From Chitinivibrionales bacterium (lineage in GTDB: Bacteria; Fibrobacterota; Chitinivibrionia; Chitinivibrionales; WJKA01): a DNA stretch of 64,000 bases. The first letter of the stretch is position 1; every line of letters begins with the position of its first letter. Below the pieces are notes generated by a model. The model did not search any database. It saw only the letters and a program-made list of their open reading frames with translations, and was not told the DNA's origin. The stretch lies in the NCBI GenBank assembly GCA_014728215.1, contig WJLZ01000133.1, forward strand, positions 13,129 to 77,128. The letters run 5' to 3'. The position numbers and the translations under genes are program-made. Shown here piece after piece: positions 34,310 through 44,176 of the stretch.

Positions 34310-34508
34310 GGGCAAAGGGCGGGCCAAACGTTCAACGCTCAACGCTCAAAAATTTTGTGGCATGGTCTTCCAGACCATGTTCTGTTATTATCTCAGATCG
34401 TTGTCGCGTTCCTGATAGGACACCGGGAGAGGCGGTCAATTTAAAAAAAATGTGCTGTTTTCATTGCATGGTGGGGCTGCTGAATGACATTTCCACCACC
34501 CCATTCCC

Positions 34509-35309
34509 TCAAGGCCCATACCTTTTATCCTGAATCGCCCGTTGGGTCACCGATGATGGTTTCGTGGCGATGAGCACTTCCACCGAGTCAACGCGTTTGT
34601 CCGAAGCGGGATGGGTGGATATGGCTTCTGTTAAAACACCCCAGCTATGGTTGCTGAGTGAACCGAGGTATTCGAGAAAGGTTTTCATGCCGTTGGGGTT
34701 ATAGCCGGCTGAAGTAAGATACTCTACCGCACAGCTGTCGGCCTGGTATTCGTTATCTCTGCTGTATTTGAGAAACATGAAACCCGAAGCAACATCCAGA
34801 ACTGTTCGCAAGCCGGATTCTTCACCGACAACAAGGTCGAGAACAAAATCCATGCCGGTCTGTTTGACCAGTTGCTTTGCGCCATGGCGTTTGGTGATAT
34901 GGCCCAGTTCATGGGCAAGGACCCCGGCGATTTCAGCTTCATTGCGCGCCGCGAGAATCAGACCGGTGTAGATATAGATAAACCCACCGGGCACTGCGAA
35001 TGCGTTAACGACCGTATCCATATCGATTATGGTGAAATGATATTCGATACCGGTACGGTCCCCCTGACTGTTTGCCAGCGCCTGGCCGATCGAATCGATA
35101 TAATTAACCAGGTTGACATTATAACCGGGCTTGTCGGTATACAGAGGAAAATTTTCCGTGTCGGCTTCGATCTCTTCCTTGAAATTCCGCCCCATCTGAA
35201 CCTCCTGCTCATCACTGATCAAAACGGCCGTGGCAACATCATTGACCTTACTGCAGGAAAAGAGAATGAGAAGCGGGCAGATTAAGAGGGGGGAAAGGAA
35301 TTTTTGCAT
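34509..35309 (-). CDS. M48 family metallopeptidase (lipoprotein)
   Basis: The ORF extends to 35348. The ATG at 35309 gives MQKFLSPLLICPLLILFSCSK, a lipobox. Zinc motif HELGHITKRH and the distal motif STHPASDKR. Confidence 0.8.
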   Translation of the reverse strand: MQKFLSPLLICPLLILFSCSKVNDVATAVLISDEQEVQMGRNFKEEIEADTENFPLYTDKPGYNVNLVNYIDSIGQALANSQGDRTGIEYHFTIIDMDTVVNAFAVPGGFIYIYTGLILAARNEAEIAGVLAHELGHITKRHGAKQLVKQTGMDFVLDLVVGEESGLRTVLDVASGFMFLKYSRDNEYQADSCAVEYLTSAGYNPNGMKTFLEYLGSLSNHSWGVLTEAISTHPASDKRVDSVEVLIATKPSSVTQRAIQDKRYGP

Positions 35310-35472
35310 ATTCTGGTTCCTTGAGAGCGTCGTATGGTTCACAATCAAATATCCGGTGTCCCGGCAAAAGAACCCGGTTGCCGTACCAGATAAATCAATG
35401 AGATGGTCCCTTTGGAAAATATACCATAAATTGAATTGCAGAGCAATGCTTAAGTGCCTTTAACACAGAGCC

Positions 35473-35503
35473 AAAAAAAGGCCGGACCCGCAAGTAGCCG
35501 GCC
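35473..35503 (-). terminator. rho-independent terminator for the 35536-36456 gene
   Basis: On the minus strand, GGCCGG-N12-CCGGCC is followed by T7 (the plus strand shows A7 at 35473-35479). Confidence 0.55.
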
Positions 35504-35535
35504 CGGCATGGAGAATGAATTGAGATTGATCGCTA

Positions 35536-36456
35536 TTAATATTTTCCGATAACGGAAATTTCTGCGCTTTGAGATTGGGCTGAAACGCTTTCAACTTTGA
35601 TAAGCACATATTCACCTTCGGTAGTTTCCACGACAACGACTTCACCACCGGTAATAGCCAGCTCATTAACCGGCGTTCCGGTCCAGAGGGCGTCGATTTC
35701 TTCCTGGGTGGTGATCTGATCAAAGGTTGACGTTACCGGCAGAATCTGCGTGGACGGCGGGCTTGTCCAGGACCCAATAAAACCGTCGTTTTTGGCTTCT
35801 GCGGGTGAATAGAGACGCAGTTCACCTGCTGCACCAGCGTAACCGAGCAGTATATCAATTTTTGATTCATTGCCCGAAACGGAAGTGCTGTTGTAGGCAG
35901 TCATGGCGTCGGCGTCCAGGTATGAACCGGAGTTTGCATTCTGAGCGCCCAGCGTAATTGAGCTGCTTGTGGTTACCGGAGTACCTGTCTGGCTGCAATC
36001 GGTCGCACCCTCCAGGACAATTGTCTGGCTTGCTGTATTGGTTGCACCACCCACAGTCGCTGAAATAGTCAGGGTGTAGGTGCCATTACAGGCACTCTGG
36101 TTCACCACAATTTCTATTTGCATGTCTTTCCCTTCCCCGATCTCAATTTTATCGAGGTCCGGCTGTTGGGTAGTATTGATCTGGATGCCGTCTGCTGTAC
36201 CAGTGGCATCGTTATTAGTCATGATAGCTGAAATCGAAGATGGTGCGGCAGACCCTTCAATGGTACCTTCAACCGGAACAATTACTGATGTCCCAGTAAG
36301 GTTGATTGTCGCAAGGTCGGCGTCATTGGTAATCGAAACAGTAACTTCATCCGTATCTTCTTCCGGATCTAAGAGTCCGCATCCCATATAACCAATCATC
36401 AAAAATGCAGAAAGAAAAATTACGCCGAATTTTTTAAATGAGTTTCGGTATTTCAT
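35536..36456 (-). CDS. hypothetical lipoprotein (Thr/Ser/Gly-rich, Ig-like beta-rich)
   Basis: 306 aa. Signal peptide plus lipobox (FLMIGYMGCG). I recognise no family. Confidence 0.5.
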   Translation of the reverse strand: MKYRNSFKKFGVIFLSAFLMIGYMGCGLLDPEEDTDEVTVSITNDADLATINLTGTSVIVPVEGTIEGSAAPSSISAIMTNNDATGTADGIQINTTQQPDLDKIEIGEGKDMQIEIVVNQSACNGTYTLTISATVGGATNTASQTIVLEGATDCSQTGTPVTTSSSITLGAQNANSGSYLDADAMTAYNSTSVSGNESKIDILLGYAGAAGELRLYSPAEAKNDGFIGSWTSPPSTQILPVTSTFDQITTQEEIDALWTGTPVNELAITGGEVVVVETTEGEYVLIKVESVSAQSQSAEISVIGKY

Positions 36457-36862
36457 CTCATGTCCTTTCAGAAAAGGTTAATGCTTGTAACAGTTGCCGT
36501 GATTGAGAGTTTTAAGAGTTAAATCAGCTATGATCTCTTAAAACGCACCTCCTTTCTACATCAATGAGACGGTTGTAAAATATATAGTCCTCCACGAATA
36601 TCCTAAGCATAGATGATTTCGTTTTTTTCTGTATAACTAATAAATATACAATGTGATAAGATCAAAATACTGTGAAAAGAGAGCCTGTGTCAACGGTGGT
36701 CCGTTGTGTTGAGAAAGCCTGCCCGAATGGTACCGAAAAGAACACATACAAAGGATGCCATAGTCCAAAAATTTTTCGGCACAAATATTACGGTACCAAA
36801 ATCATTCTTATTTTATTTTACTTCATAAGCCAAGTCAAGATTAAATGTATCCAGGAGGATTT

Positions 36863-37609
36863 ATGCTTATCCGCAATCTGCTATTTGCCATGCTTCTGTT
36901 AGGATCTGCAAGGTGTGCTCAAACCTCGGATTCTTTTATCAGGAGCCGGTGGAGTGATGAATTTCATTTGCTTCGGAGCGATAACGGGGATACTATCTCG
37001 ATCGGAGGGATTTATGGAGGAGCAGAAACGCTGTATATCTATGATATGGCCGGCGGAAAGATCGTTGCTTTCAATAACAATGGAGCTGTTGTGGCAAAAA
37101 CAGAGCTGTCGTCTTTTGGGAGAGGAACGTATGCCGGTGATGATTTCGTGATCAGGGGCAGTGAAGCGCTTTTTCTCAATACAGTTGACAAAAGAATCGA
37201 GGTTTTCGATATGAAAAGCGGTGAACATAAACGGTCTATCTCCTATCCGCTCGATGTGTTCGCACGCGAGCCCCGGCGGACCCGGCGAGTCATCAACAAA
37301 ATATTTCTGGTGGATGGAAACATCGTACTGGGTAATTCCTATCACTACTTTTATTTTAATGATAGACTGGGAAAGAAGAGCGCGAATACGAAAATTCACT
37401 CGGTTGAATCGGGAATACGGCTGGAAAATATGCACGGAAGGTCCGTGGTTGTTGTGAATAATGGAAAGGTGCTGGCCGGCGATACGGTGAAAGGCGATAC
37501 GGTTATGACCCATTTTCCTGTTGCTGGCAAACGGTATGTTATGTTTGACGGCAGGCTTTATTCGCTTGTGCTGTCGGAAAAAGAGATGAAAATTGTTGAA
37601 GTGCAGTGA
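36863..37609 (+). CDS. hypothetical secreted protein
   Basis: The ORF opens at 36845. The ATG at 36863 follows AGGAGG and gives the signal peptide MLIRNLLFAMLLLGSARC. The protein is beta-rich, and I recognise no family. Confidence 0.45.
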   Translation: MLIRNLLFAMLLLGSARCAQTSDSFIRSRWSDEFHLLRSDNGDTISIGGIYGGAETLYIYDMAGGKIVAFNNNGAVVAKTELSSFGRGTYAGDDFVIRGSEALFLNTVDKRIEVFDMKSGEHKRSISYPLDVFAREPRRTRRVINKIFLVDGNIVLGNSYHYFYFNDRLGKKSANTKIHSVESGIRLENMHGRSVVVVNNGKVLAGDTVKGDTVMTHFPVAGKRYVMFDGRLYSLVLSEKEMKIVEVQ

Positions 37610-37622
37610 GAGAACAGGAGCC

Positions 37623-38564
37623 ATGGCCTTGAAAATACCAAAAATCCCTTTTTCGATACTTTCAGCGGCAGTTTTCGTTATAACAACGGGAGTCTGGATC
37701 TTTCGGGTAGATGGAATTCATCTCGATTCGGTCCTTGCCCGGGGAGACAGTTGCCTTAATATTGTCTGGACTCCCTCTGCGGCCAACACAGGATCGGACT
37801 GGTGGAATTCCTGCGGGTCGGGATGTTCCGATGATCTTAAAAAATGCGATTTTATCGCTGGTGAAAGCTACCGGGGCGTGGCGTATTCCTATGGTGGTGA
37901 AGATCCCTATTTTTTGTTCCGGCAGCGGCTTCTGGATCAATGGCCCGTAGGATCGCACCTGTGTCATTACAGCCAGTGCGGTAATCCCTCAAATGATGTT
38001 ACCGGCACCGATTGCTCGGGGTATGTCTGCTGGATTTGGGATGAACCCCGGGTTTCGACCAGGGAACTGGCAACGTTCGACCGGTACGATCATATCGACA
38101 AAACCGAGCTGACCGCGGGCGATATTCTGGTGAAGCACGGAAGCCATACCGTTCTGGTTGTCGAGGCAGTCGACTATCCACAGATACTCATCTGGGAAGC
38201 CACCGGTACGCCGATCAACGGTGTACGCGAGCGGGTGATCGATCTTACCGCTACCTACTGGGATGCCTACAGCGCAGTAAGAAATCCCCGGATTACCACC
38301 GGCGATGTTTCGAGCCGCAGCAACAGGCGAACCATGCATTTCCAGGAATTGGTTACGGGTGTTAAAAGAGGGGAGATCGACGGGTTCTCACTTTATAATG
38401 CACTTGGAAAGCGAATATCGCTATACAAAGGACTTTCGCCCTACGCCCCGCTCAAGAAAGCCCTTACAATGGCCGGTAATGACGGGGTCGTTTTTGTGCG
38501 CTATACAGATGAGCGTGGGAACGTTGGTATCGTGAGGATTTGGGGTGGTGGATTGAGGCGGTGA
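37623..38564 (+). CDS. hypothetical membrane-anchored protein with NlpC/P60-like (papain-fold) motif
   Basis: The ORF opens at a TTG at 37593, and an ATG lies at 37623. N-terminal transmembrane segment. The motifs YRGVAYSYGGED, GTDCSGYVCWIW and GDILVKHGSHTVLV resemble the Cys/His motifs of NlpC/P60-type hydrolases. The assignment is tentative. Confidence 0.4.
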   Translation: MALKIPKIPFSILSAAVFVITTGVWIFRVDGIHLDSVLARGDSCLNIVWTPSAANTGSDWWNSCGSGCSDDLKKCDFIAGESYRGVAYSYGGEDPYFLFRQRLLDQWPVGSHLCHYSQCGNPSNDVTGTDCSGYVCWIWDEPRVSTRELATFDRYDHIDKTELTAGDILVKHGSHTVLVVEAVDYPQILIWEATGTPINGVRERVIDLTATYWDAYSAVRNPRITTGDVSSRSNRRTMHFQELVTGVKRGEIDGFSLYNALGKRISLYKGLSPYAPLKKALTMAGNDGVVFVRYTDERGNVGIVRIWGGGLRR

Positions 38565-38661
38565 AGATGATGAGGATGAGAGAAAAAAGACCAGTCCTGA
38601 TCGTGTGCCGCACCGAGTGGGCCGAAGTACCGAGGGATTTTCAATCTCCCTGCTATTCTCC

Positions 38662-39894
38662 TCAATAATCAACAATAATTTCCTCCCCGTCAACCACAAC
38701 AAGCCGTACTTCGGGTTCTTCGGCAATGAGTTCTTCCAGAAGATTTTCGCCCGGGTCATGGGCAAAGCTTACCGCGATAAAATCGGCCTGTAAACCCGGG
38801 GCAAGGGAGCCGATATTGTCTTGAGCCCCTAGTGCCCTTGCAGGGTTGACCGTAACCCACCTGATCATCTCGGCAGCCGGTATGTGGGGATAATTAGTTT
38901 TGACAGTATAGAGCTCATCAAAAAGATTCATTGCGCCCACGCCCGGGATATTGGCGGTCCCGACACAAATATTCACGCCTCTGGTGAGGGCAAGATCCAG
39001 GGGAAAATTCTTATGGCCAAGGGACTTGGTATATTGCGGACAGATGACAATCGATATGTTTTTTGCTGCCAGAGACGACAACTGAGCCCCGTTGACATAA
39101 TTACAATGATAAAGAAGAGCACTCGCGGGGAGGAGGTTTTCGGTGAGCGCATAATGCATGGGGCCGATACCCGTGGCACCGTATGCCCATTCCCGGTTGC
39201 GGGTTATCTGGAAATAGAGATCGCCCTTATGCTCGGCGAAAGCCTGAAGTTCTTCAGCGCTTTCGGCAAGATGTGACGCCCAGGGTGCATGTTCTTTTGC
39301 GGCGGTGTTAATTAAATTTCTGTGTCGCTGTGGCGTGCACGAAAAAAGTGCATAGGGTCCCATGCCGATTCCGACCCTGTTTGAAGTCGATGCAACCCGC
39401 TTGAGCAGTTCGATGGTGCGGATAAGATTGTCCTTTTCAGCCTGGTCGTTATTATGAACTTCATGAATAATCCAGCTTCTCACCGGTTCATCCTTGAGCA
39501 CTACAACCGAATGGCCGGTACGTGAACTGTCAACAATCGTTGTTGTTCCATTGGTCAGCGATTCCCGGATACCAAGCCGTATTACCGGCATGATCGATTC
39601 GACCGGCGCATTTCTGAGGCGGGAAGTCTTTTTAGCTATCCATGATGCAAAGGTGTCGGCGTCTTCTTTGGGAATGCCCCGTACAACACCTTCCTCGAGA
39701 TGGCTGTGGGCATTAATCAGGCCGGGAAGAAGCAGTTGATCGCCCAGGTTGATTGTACGATCGCCCGGGCGGCGGGGCACTTGGCTCCGGGTGCCCACCG
39801 CCTCGATTTTATCACCTGCTAAAGCAAGCGCCGCATTGGTAATTATCCCGCCGTCGGGACTCAAAAGCCATCTGGCATAATAGATAGTAGACAT
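38662..39894 (-). CDS. amidohydrolase family protein (deaminase/chlorohydrolase-like)
   Basis: 410 aa. Metal-binding motifs LINAHSHLEE and HLAES, and a C-terminal DF..V motif. The substrate cannot be called from the sequence alone. Confidence 0.8.
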   Translation of the reverse strand: MSTIYYARWLLSPDGGIITNAALALAGDKIEAVGTRSQVPRRPGDRTINLGDQLLLPGLINAHSHLEEGVVRGIPKEDADTFASWIAKKTSRLRNAPVESIMPVIRLGIRESLTNGTTTIVDSSRTGHSVVVLKDEPVRSWIIHEVHNNDQAEKDNLIRTIELLKRVASTSNRVGIGMGPYALFSCTPQRHRNLINTAAKEHAPWASHLAESAEELQAFAEHKGDLYFQITRNREWAYGATGIGPMHYALTENLLPASALLYHCNYVNGAQLSSLAAKNISIVICPQYTKSLGHKNFPLDLALTRGVNICVGTANIPGVGAMNLFDELYTVKTNYPHIPAAEMIRWVTVNPARALGAQDNIGSLAPGLQADFIAVSFAHDPGENLLEELIAEEPEVRLVVVDGEEIIVDY

Positions 39895-40031
39895 GTCTAC
39901 CCATCAAAATACATTTGCTGCAGGGAGTTGAGCTTGAGGTTGAAGTTGAGGAGAAGTGAAAAAGATCCTTCAAGCGGAAATAAGTATCCAGACATAATTT
40001 ATTTTAACTCCGAACGTATTACAATAATATT

Positions 40032-40427
40032 ATGAAAGGATTACCGATGCGTTATTATTTATCTGCTCTAACCTTTTTTGTAATGAATGCTGCTGTATTT
40101 GCTCAGAATGAGGCGCCGGGAAGAGGTGTTGGCGGTGCGAATATGATTTTTATGATGGTGATCATGTTTGGGATTATCTATTTCCTGATGATCCGTCCTG
40201 AACAGAAAAAGCAGAAAAACCGTCAGAAAATGATCGGCGAGATGAAAAAGGGCGATAAGGTCGTAACAATCGGCGGTGTATACGGGACGGTCGGTAATGT
40301 GAAAGAAAATTCGTTGATGGTCAAGATCGCGGAAAATACCGTCGTTGAAGTTCGCAAAGGGGCTGTCTCCGAAGTGCTCAATAAGCAGGAAATGGGCGAA
40401 AAGAGTGAAAAGAAAGACGGAAAATAG
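40032..40427 (+). CDS. yajC: preprotein translocase subunit YajC
   Basis: 131 aa. Motif IIYFLMIRPEQKKQK....M...KKGDKVVT.GG.YG.V. Confidence 0.85.
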   Translation: MKGLPMRYYLSALTFFVMNAAVFAQNEAPGRGVGGANMIFMMVIMFGIIYFLMIRPEQKKQKNRQKMIGEMKKGDKVVTIGGVYGTVGNVKENSLMVKIAENTVVEVRKGAVSEVLNKQEMGEKSEKKDGK

Positions 40428-40429
40428 AC

Positions 40430-40951
40430 ATGTTTGAAGTTTGTATTTACGGAAATCCGGTATTGCGGAAAAAGGCTGAAGCCGTAACCGAATTCAATGA
40501 TGAGCTGAAAGGTTTTGTTGAAGAGATGGCCGAAACCATGAAAATCCAGGATGGTGTTGGCCTTGCCGCTCCTCAGGTCAGTAAATCATTGCGTATTGCC
40601 GTTATCGATACGACCGGTGGCGAACAGGAGCCTTATATTCTGATCAATCCCGAAATCATTCACTCCTCTGAGGAGCGTGAAGATTTCGAAGAAGGGTGCC
40701 TGAGTATTCCGGATATCCGTCTTAAAGTAAACCGTCCGTTAAAAGTTTCGATAAAAGCCTTCGATGCCGAAGGCAGAGAATATAGTATCGAAAATGCCGA
40801 AGGTCTGCTGGCCCGCGCTTTGCAGCACGAAATAGATCATCTGGACGGTGTACTTTTTATCGACCGCGCTTCCCCGGTTGCCCGTCAGTTAGTGAGCGGC
40901 AAGCTGAAAAAAATGGCCAAATCACAAAAGATAAAAAATAAGACCGTCTGA
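40430..40951 (+). CDS. def: peptide deformylase
   Basis: 173 aa. The three canonical motifs are present: GVGLAAPQ, EGCLS and HEIDHL. Confidence 0.95.
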   Translation: MFEVCIYGNPVLRKKAEAVTEFNDELKGFVEEMAETMKIQDGVGLAAPQVSKSLRIAVIDTTGGEQEPYILINPEIIHSSEEREDFEEGCLSIPDIRLKVNRPLKVSIKAFDAEGREYSIENAEGLLARALQHEIDHLDGVLFIDRASPVARQLVSGKLKKMAKSQKIKNKTV

Positions 40952-40974
40952 TCATTTTTCATCTTTTCAAACCA

Positions 40975-42468
40975 TTGGTGCTACAAAGATATAATTACCG
41001 GTTGCGGAGAATCCTCATTGCAGGAGGAGTCTTCATTTTCCCCCTTCTCTATTCCGGATGTTCTTCATCAAAAATTTTAACGCCCCATCCCAGGGGAATG
41101 CAAAAACAGCCTCCCTCTTCGGATACAACCCATGAAGAGTCTGCACCAGAGCCGCAACAGGAAGAAAAAAAATCCTCTCACCCCGATGCATTCGATTTCG
41201 GTCTGGCCTTTGTCGATACCGCAGAACTTGAAGAAAGACCATCCCGGTCCGGCCGTCCACAAACCGATCCTAAAAGCTCAATGAACAAAACCGGGGTGGT
41301 TTCACTGCGATATCCGGATTTTCCTGTTCCCGCTGTCAAAGCGCGGGTTGCGGTTCTTCGAAATAATCTTAAAACCTCTCTTTACTCGGTAGGAAAAGTC
41401 GTTTTGAGAGGTGCCGGGCAAAAAAATCGCATTTCCTTTCGTGGACGATTGCTGGTTGAGGCATCCTATTCAGCCGGTAAAGTACTGGTAACAGCAGACG
41501 ATATTAAGCGCCGGGAGGTTAGTGTTCCCTGCACTCTCCTATCGGAAAATGAATACAATTTTATCGAACTCGACGACGGCTCCTACCGGGGATCGATGAT
41601 TATCATTTCCGAAAAGCCCAAGAGGTTTTCTTTAGTTAATTATATCGACGTCGAAGAGTATCTCCGGGGTGTTGTTCCCCTCGAGATCGGCCCCCGGAAA
41701 GAAAAGGAGATCGAGGCGGTGAAAGCCCAGGCGGTGGCTGCCCGTACCTATACCTACCGGAAAATTCTTGAAAGAAGCAATGCATCCTTCGATCTTGTCA
41801 CGACGGTCGCCGATCAGGTATACGGCGGTCTGAATGCCGAAAACAGGCACTGCGATAAAGCCATAAGGCTCACCGAAGATCTCGTGATGGTCTATGGTGA
41901 CAGCCTGATAATCGCCTATTACCATTCGACCTGCGGAGGGAAGACCGCCAATGTGGAGGATGTATGGCAAAGGCCGCCGAAGCCCTATTTAAAATCGGTG
42001 AGTGATTACGATAAGAACGGCAATGCCTATTGTGCAATATCCAGATATTATACCTGGATTGAGAACTGGTCAACCTACCGGTTGTCATCGATAATTGCCC
42101 GGCATGGGGGCAGCGCTGGATGTAAAGGTACGGTGAAGGGTATGAAAATAAAATGGCGGCATTCCTGTGGCCGTATTGCCGATCTCAATATCCGTACAAC
42201 CCAGGGCGACTGTGTTCACCATGGCGATAAGATCCGCTTTGTGCTCAGGCGGGATATTTCGGGGAATCCGATTCTGCGGTCCTGCAATTTCAGGATTCGC
42301 TCGGGCAATGCCCGGTCGGTTAAAATCGAGGGCAAAGGCTATGGCCATGGCGTGGGTATGTGCCAGATGGGTGCTATCGGACGTGCCCGGGCCGGGCAGA
42401 GTTTCGAAGAAATCCTCAAGGCGTATTACACCGGTGTTGATATGAGGACTGCGGTTCCGAAAAGGTAG
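40975..42468 (+). CDS. SpoIID/LytB domain-containing protein
   Basis: 497 aa (TTG start called by the ORF track, so the start is uncertain). Lipobox LLYSGCSS. SpoIID motifs VDVEEYLRGVVPLEIGP, EAVKAQAVAARTY, YHSTCGGKTAN and GHGVGMCQ. Confidence 0.8.
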   Translation: MVLQRYNYRLRRILIAGGVFIFPLLYSGCSSSKILTPHPRGMQKQPPSSDTTHEESAPEPQQEEKKSSHPDAFDFGLAFVDTAELEERPSRSGRPQTDPKSSMNKTGVVSLRYPDFPVPAVKARVAVLRNNLKTSLYSVGKVVLRGAGQKNRISFRGRLLVEASYSAGKVLVTADDIKRREVSVPCTLLSENEYNFIELDDGSYRGSMIIISEKPKRFSLVNYIDVEEYLRGVVPLEIGPRKEKEIEAVKAQAVAARTYTYRKILERSNASFDLVTTVADQVYGGLNAENRHCDKAIRLTEDLVMVYGDSLIIAYYHSTCGGKTANVEDVWQRPPKPYLKSVSDYDKNGNAYCAISRYYTWIENWSTYRLSSIIARHGGSAGCKGTVKGMKIKWRHSCGRIADLNIRTTQGDCVHHGDKIRFVLRRDISGNPILRSCNFRIRSGNARSVKIEGKGYGHGVGMCQMGAIGRARAGQSFEEILKAYYTGVDMRTAVPKR

Positions 42469-42505
42469 AAGGGCGTGCTTTTTTGCAGAAGTGTTTCTCA
42501 AAGAT

Positions 42506-44110
42506 CTACTTTTTCCACGAAATAGGCGCCAGCGCAATAAGCACCGTATAAACTTCAAGCCGTCCTAAAAGCATGCAGAGAATAAGCACCCATTTACCGA
42601 TCATCGGTATCCAGGCATAATTTTCCATTGCTCCGATTCCCGATAAGCCGGGACCGATATTGCACATTGTGGCAACAACGGTCGTTACCGCGGTGGTAAA
42701 ATCGGGGATCATGAAGGCCATAATTGCCGAAAAGAGCACGAAAAGGAGCATAAAAAGGGTAAAAAACCCGAGGATATTGGAAACGATTTTATAATCAATG
42801 GCCTCATTACCGATTTTTATGGGCATGATAAGTCGTGGCTGTATCATAGTGCGTACTTCTTTCCACGCGGTTTTAAGTACCACGAGAATCCGGATCATTT
42901 TCATGCCTCCTCCCGTGGAACCAGCGCACCCCCCGAAAAACATGAGAATTACAAGCGCGAATCTGAGGAAATTAGGCCACACATCAAAGTCGGCGGTAGT
43001 ATACCCGGTGGTGGTGGTGATCGAAATGACTTGAAATGCCATATACCGGATAGTCTTTCCAATCGTGGCGACCTTGTTTTCCTCTGTCTCGATTTTGTCG
43101 ACAAGCTCGATTTGAGAAAGCGGATCAGGCCGATAACTTCGTTCGATATGTTCGGGAGAATTGATTCCCCATATTCTCAGCAGCACCGTGCCGATTATAA
43201 TCACCGACATGATGACGGTCACGTAAAAAATGAATTCCCGGTTTTTGGAAAGCACATTGAAATCTTGAGAGAAGATAATCCGGTAGTGAAGAATAAAATT
43301 CATGCCCGCAAAGAACATGAATATGATTATCACCCAGTCGATATACGCGCTGTTGTAGGCGCTGATCGAGGTGTTTCGGGTAGAGAATCCACCGGTTGCC
43401 ATAGTACCGAAGGAATGGCAGAAGGACTCGAAAATCGACATACCGCCCAGCCAGAGCAAAAGCGTTTCGGCCAGGGTGAGCAATGCATAGACACCCCAGA
43501 GAATCGTGGCGGTCCAACGGAGACGGGGCGAAAGACGTTCCGATGTCGGTCCGGGAACTTCACCCCTGAACATCTGATAGGCAGCAACACCAAAGGCCGG
43601 AAAAATTGCCAGTGCAAGGGTCACGATTCCCATACCGCCCAGCCAGTGGGTAAGACTCCGCCAGAAAAGGAGCCCCCGCGGTAAAATTTCGATGTCGGTT
43701 AAAATTGTCGCTCCGGTGGTCGTAAATCCGCTCATGATTTCAAAATAGGAATCGGTAATTAACCGCAGGACGGTTTCTATGTTGACCACGGGGGCTTCTG
43801 AGATCAGAAAAACAAAAAGTGGAATACATCCAAAGAGCGTAAATAAAAGCCACCCGATAGTTACAATGGCAAATCCCTCCTTGATTCCCTCGCTTTTTCG
43901 TTCCTTGCGTCCTGTAATGACCACCAGGGTCCCACAGACAAAGGCCGAGATTACGGCAATGACAAAACCCAGCACGCGGGGATCTAAGAGTGTTGAGGGT
44001 AAAGAGATCGGCCGCGCTTCGTGAACAGCTATTGCCAGGGGGACAAAGAGTACAAGAGAGAGGACTTGAAGCAGTTTGCCAACCGCATAAAAAATGAAGC
44101 GTTGGTTCAA
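42506..44110 (-). CDS. trkH: TrkH family potassium uptake protein
   Basis: 534 aa polytopic membrane protein. Selectivity-filter-like repeats TTTGATI, MATGGFST, TTTGYTT and GSTGGGMK. Confidence 0.9.
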   Translation of the reverse strand: MNQRFIFYAVGKLLQVLSLVLFVPLAIAVHEARPISLPSTLLDPRVLGFVIAVISAFVCGTLVVITGRKERKSEGIKEGFAIVTIGWLLFTLFGCIPLFVFLISEAPVVNIETVLRLITDSYFEIMSGFTTTGATILTDIEILPRGLLFWRSLTHWLGGMGIVTLALAIFPAFGVAAYQMFRGEVPGPTSERLSPRLRWTATILWGVYALLTLAETLLLWLGGMSIFESFCHSFGTMATGGFSTRNTSISAYNSAYIDWVIIIFMFFAGMNFILHYRIIFSQDFNVLSKNREFIFYVTVIMSVIIIGTVLLRIWGINSPEHIERSYRPDPLSQIELVDKIETEENKVATIGKTIRYMAFQVISITTTTGYTTADFDVWPNFLRFALVILMFFGGCAGSTGGGMKMIRILVVLKTAWKEVRTMIQPRLIMPIKIGNEAIDYKIVSNILGFFTLFMLLFVLFSAIMAFMIPDFTTAVTTVVATMCNIGPGLSGIGAMENYAWIPMIGKWVLILCMLLGRLEVYTVLIALAPISWKK

Positions 44111-44176
44111 TCGGCCACCTTTATCGATAAATGAACGGATGGTTCGGATGAATTCATAAAATCAGCAGTCATACGA

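Noticed and set aside
34330-34395. A triple TCAACGC direct repeat and a perfect 8-bp hairpin, CATGGTCT-TCC-AGACCATG, after the Ser/Thr kinase gene.
   Set aside because: This is probably just a weak terminator for that gene. There is no T-run and no other copies, so it is not reported as a feature.
36672-36902. A 76-aa ORF in the 388-nt divergent spacer between the lipoprotein gene and the 36863 gene.
   Set aside because: It has no ribosome-binding context, is Cys- and Lys-rich, and overlaps the better-supported start of the downstream secreted protein.
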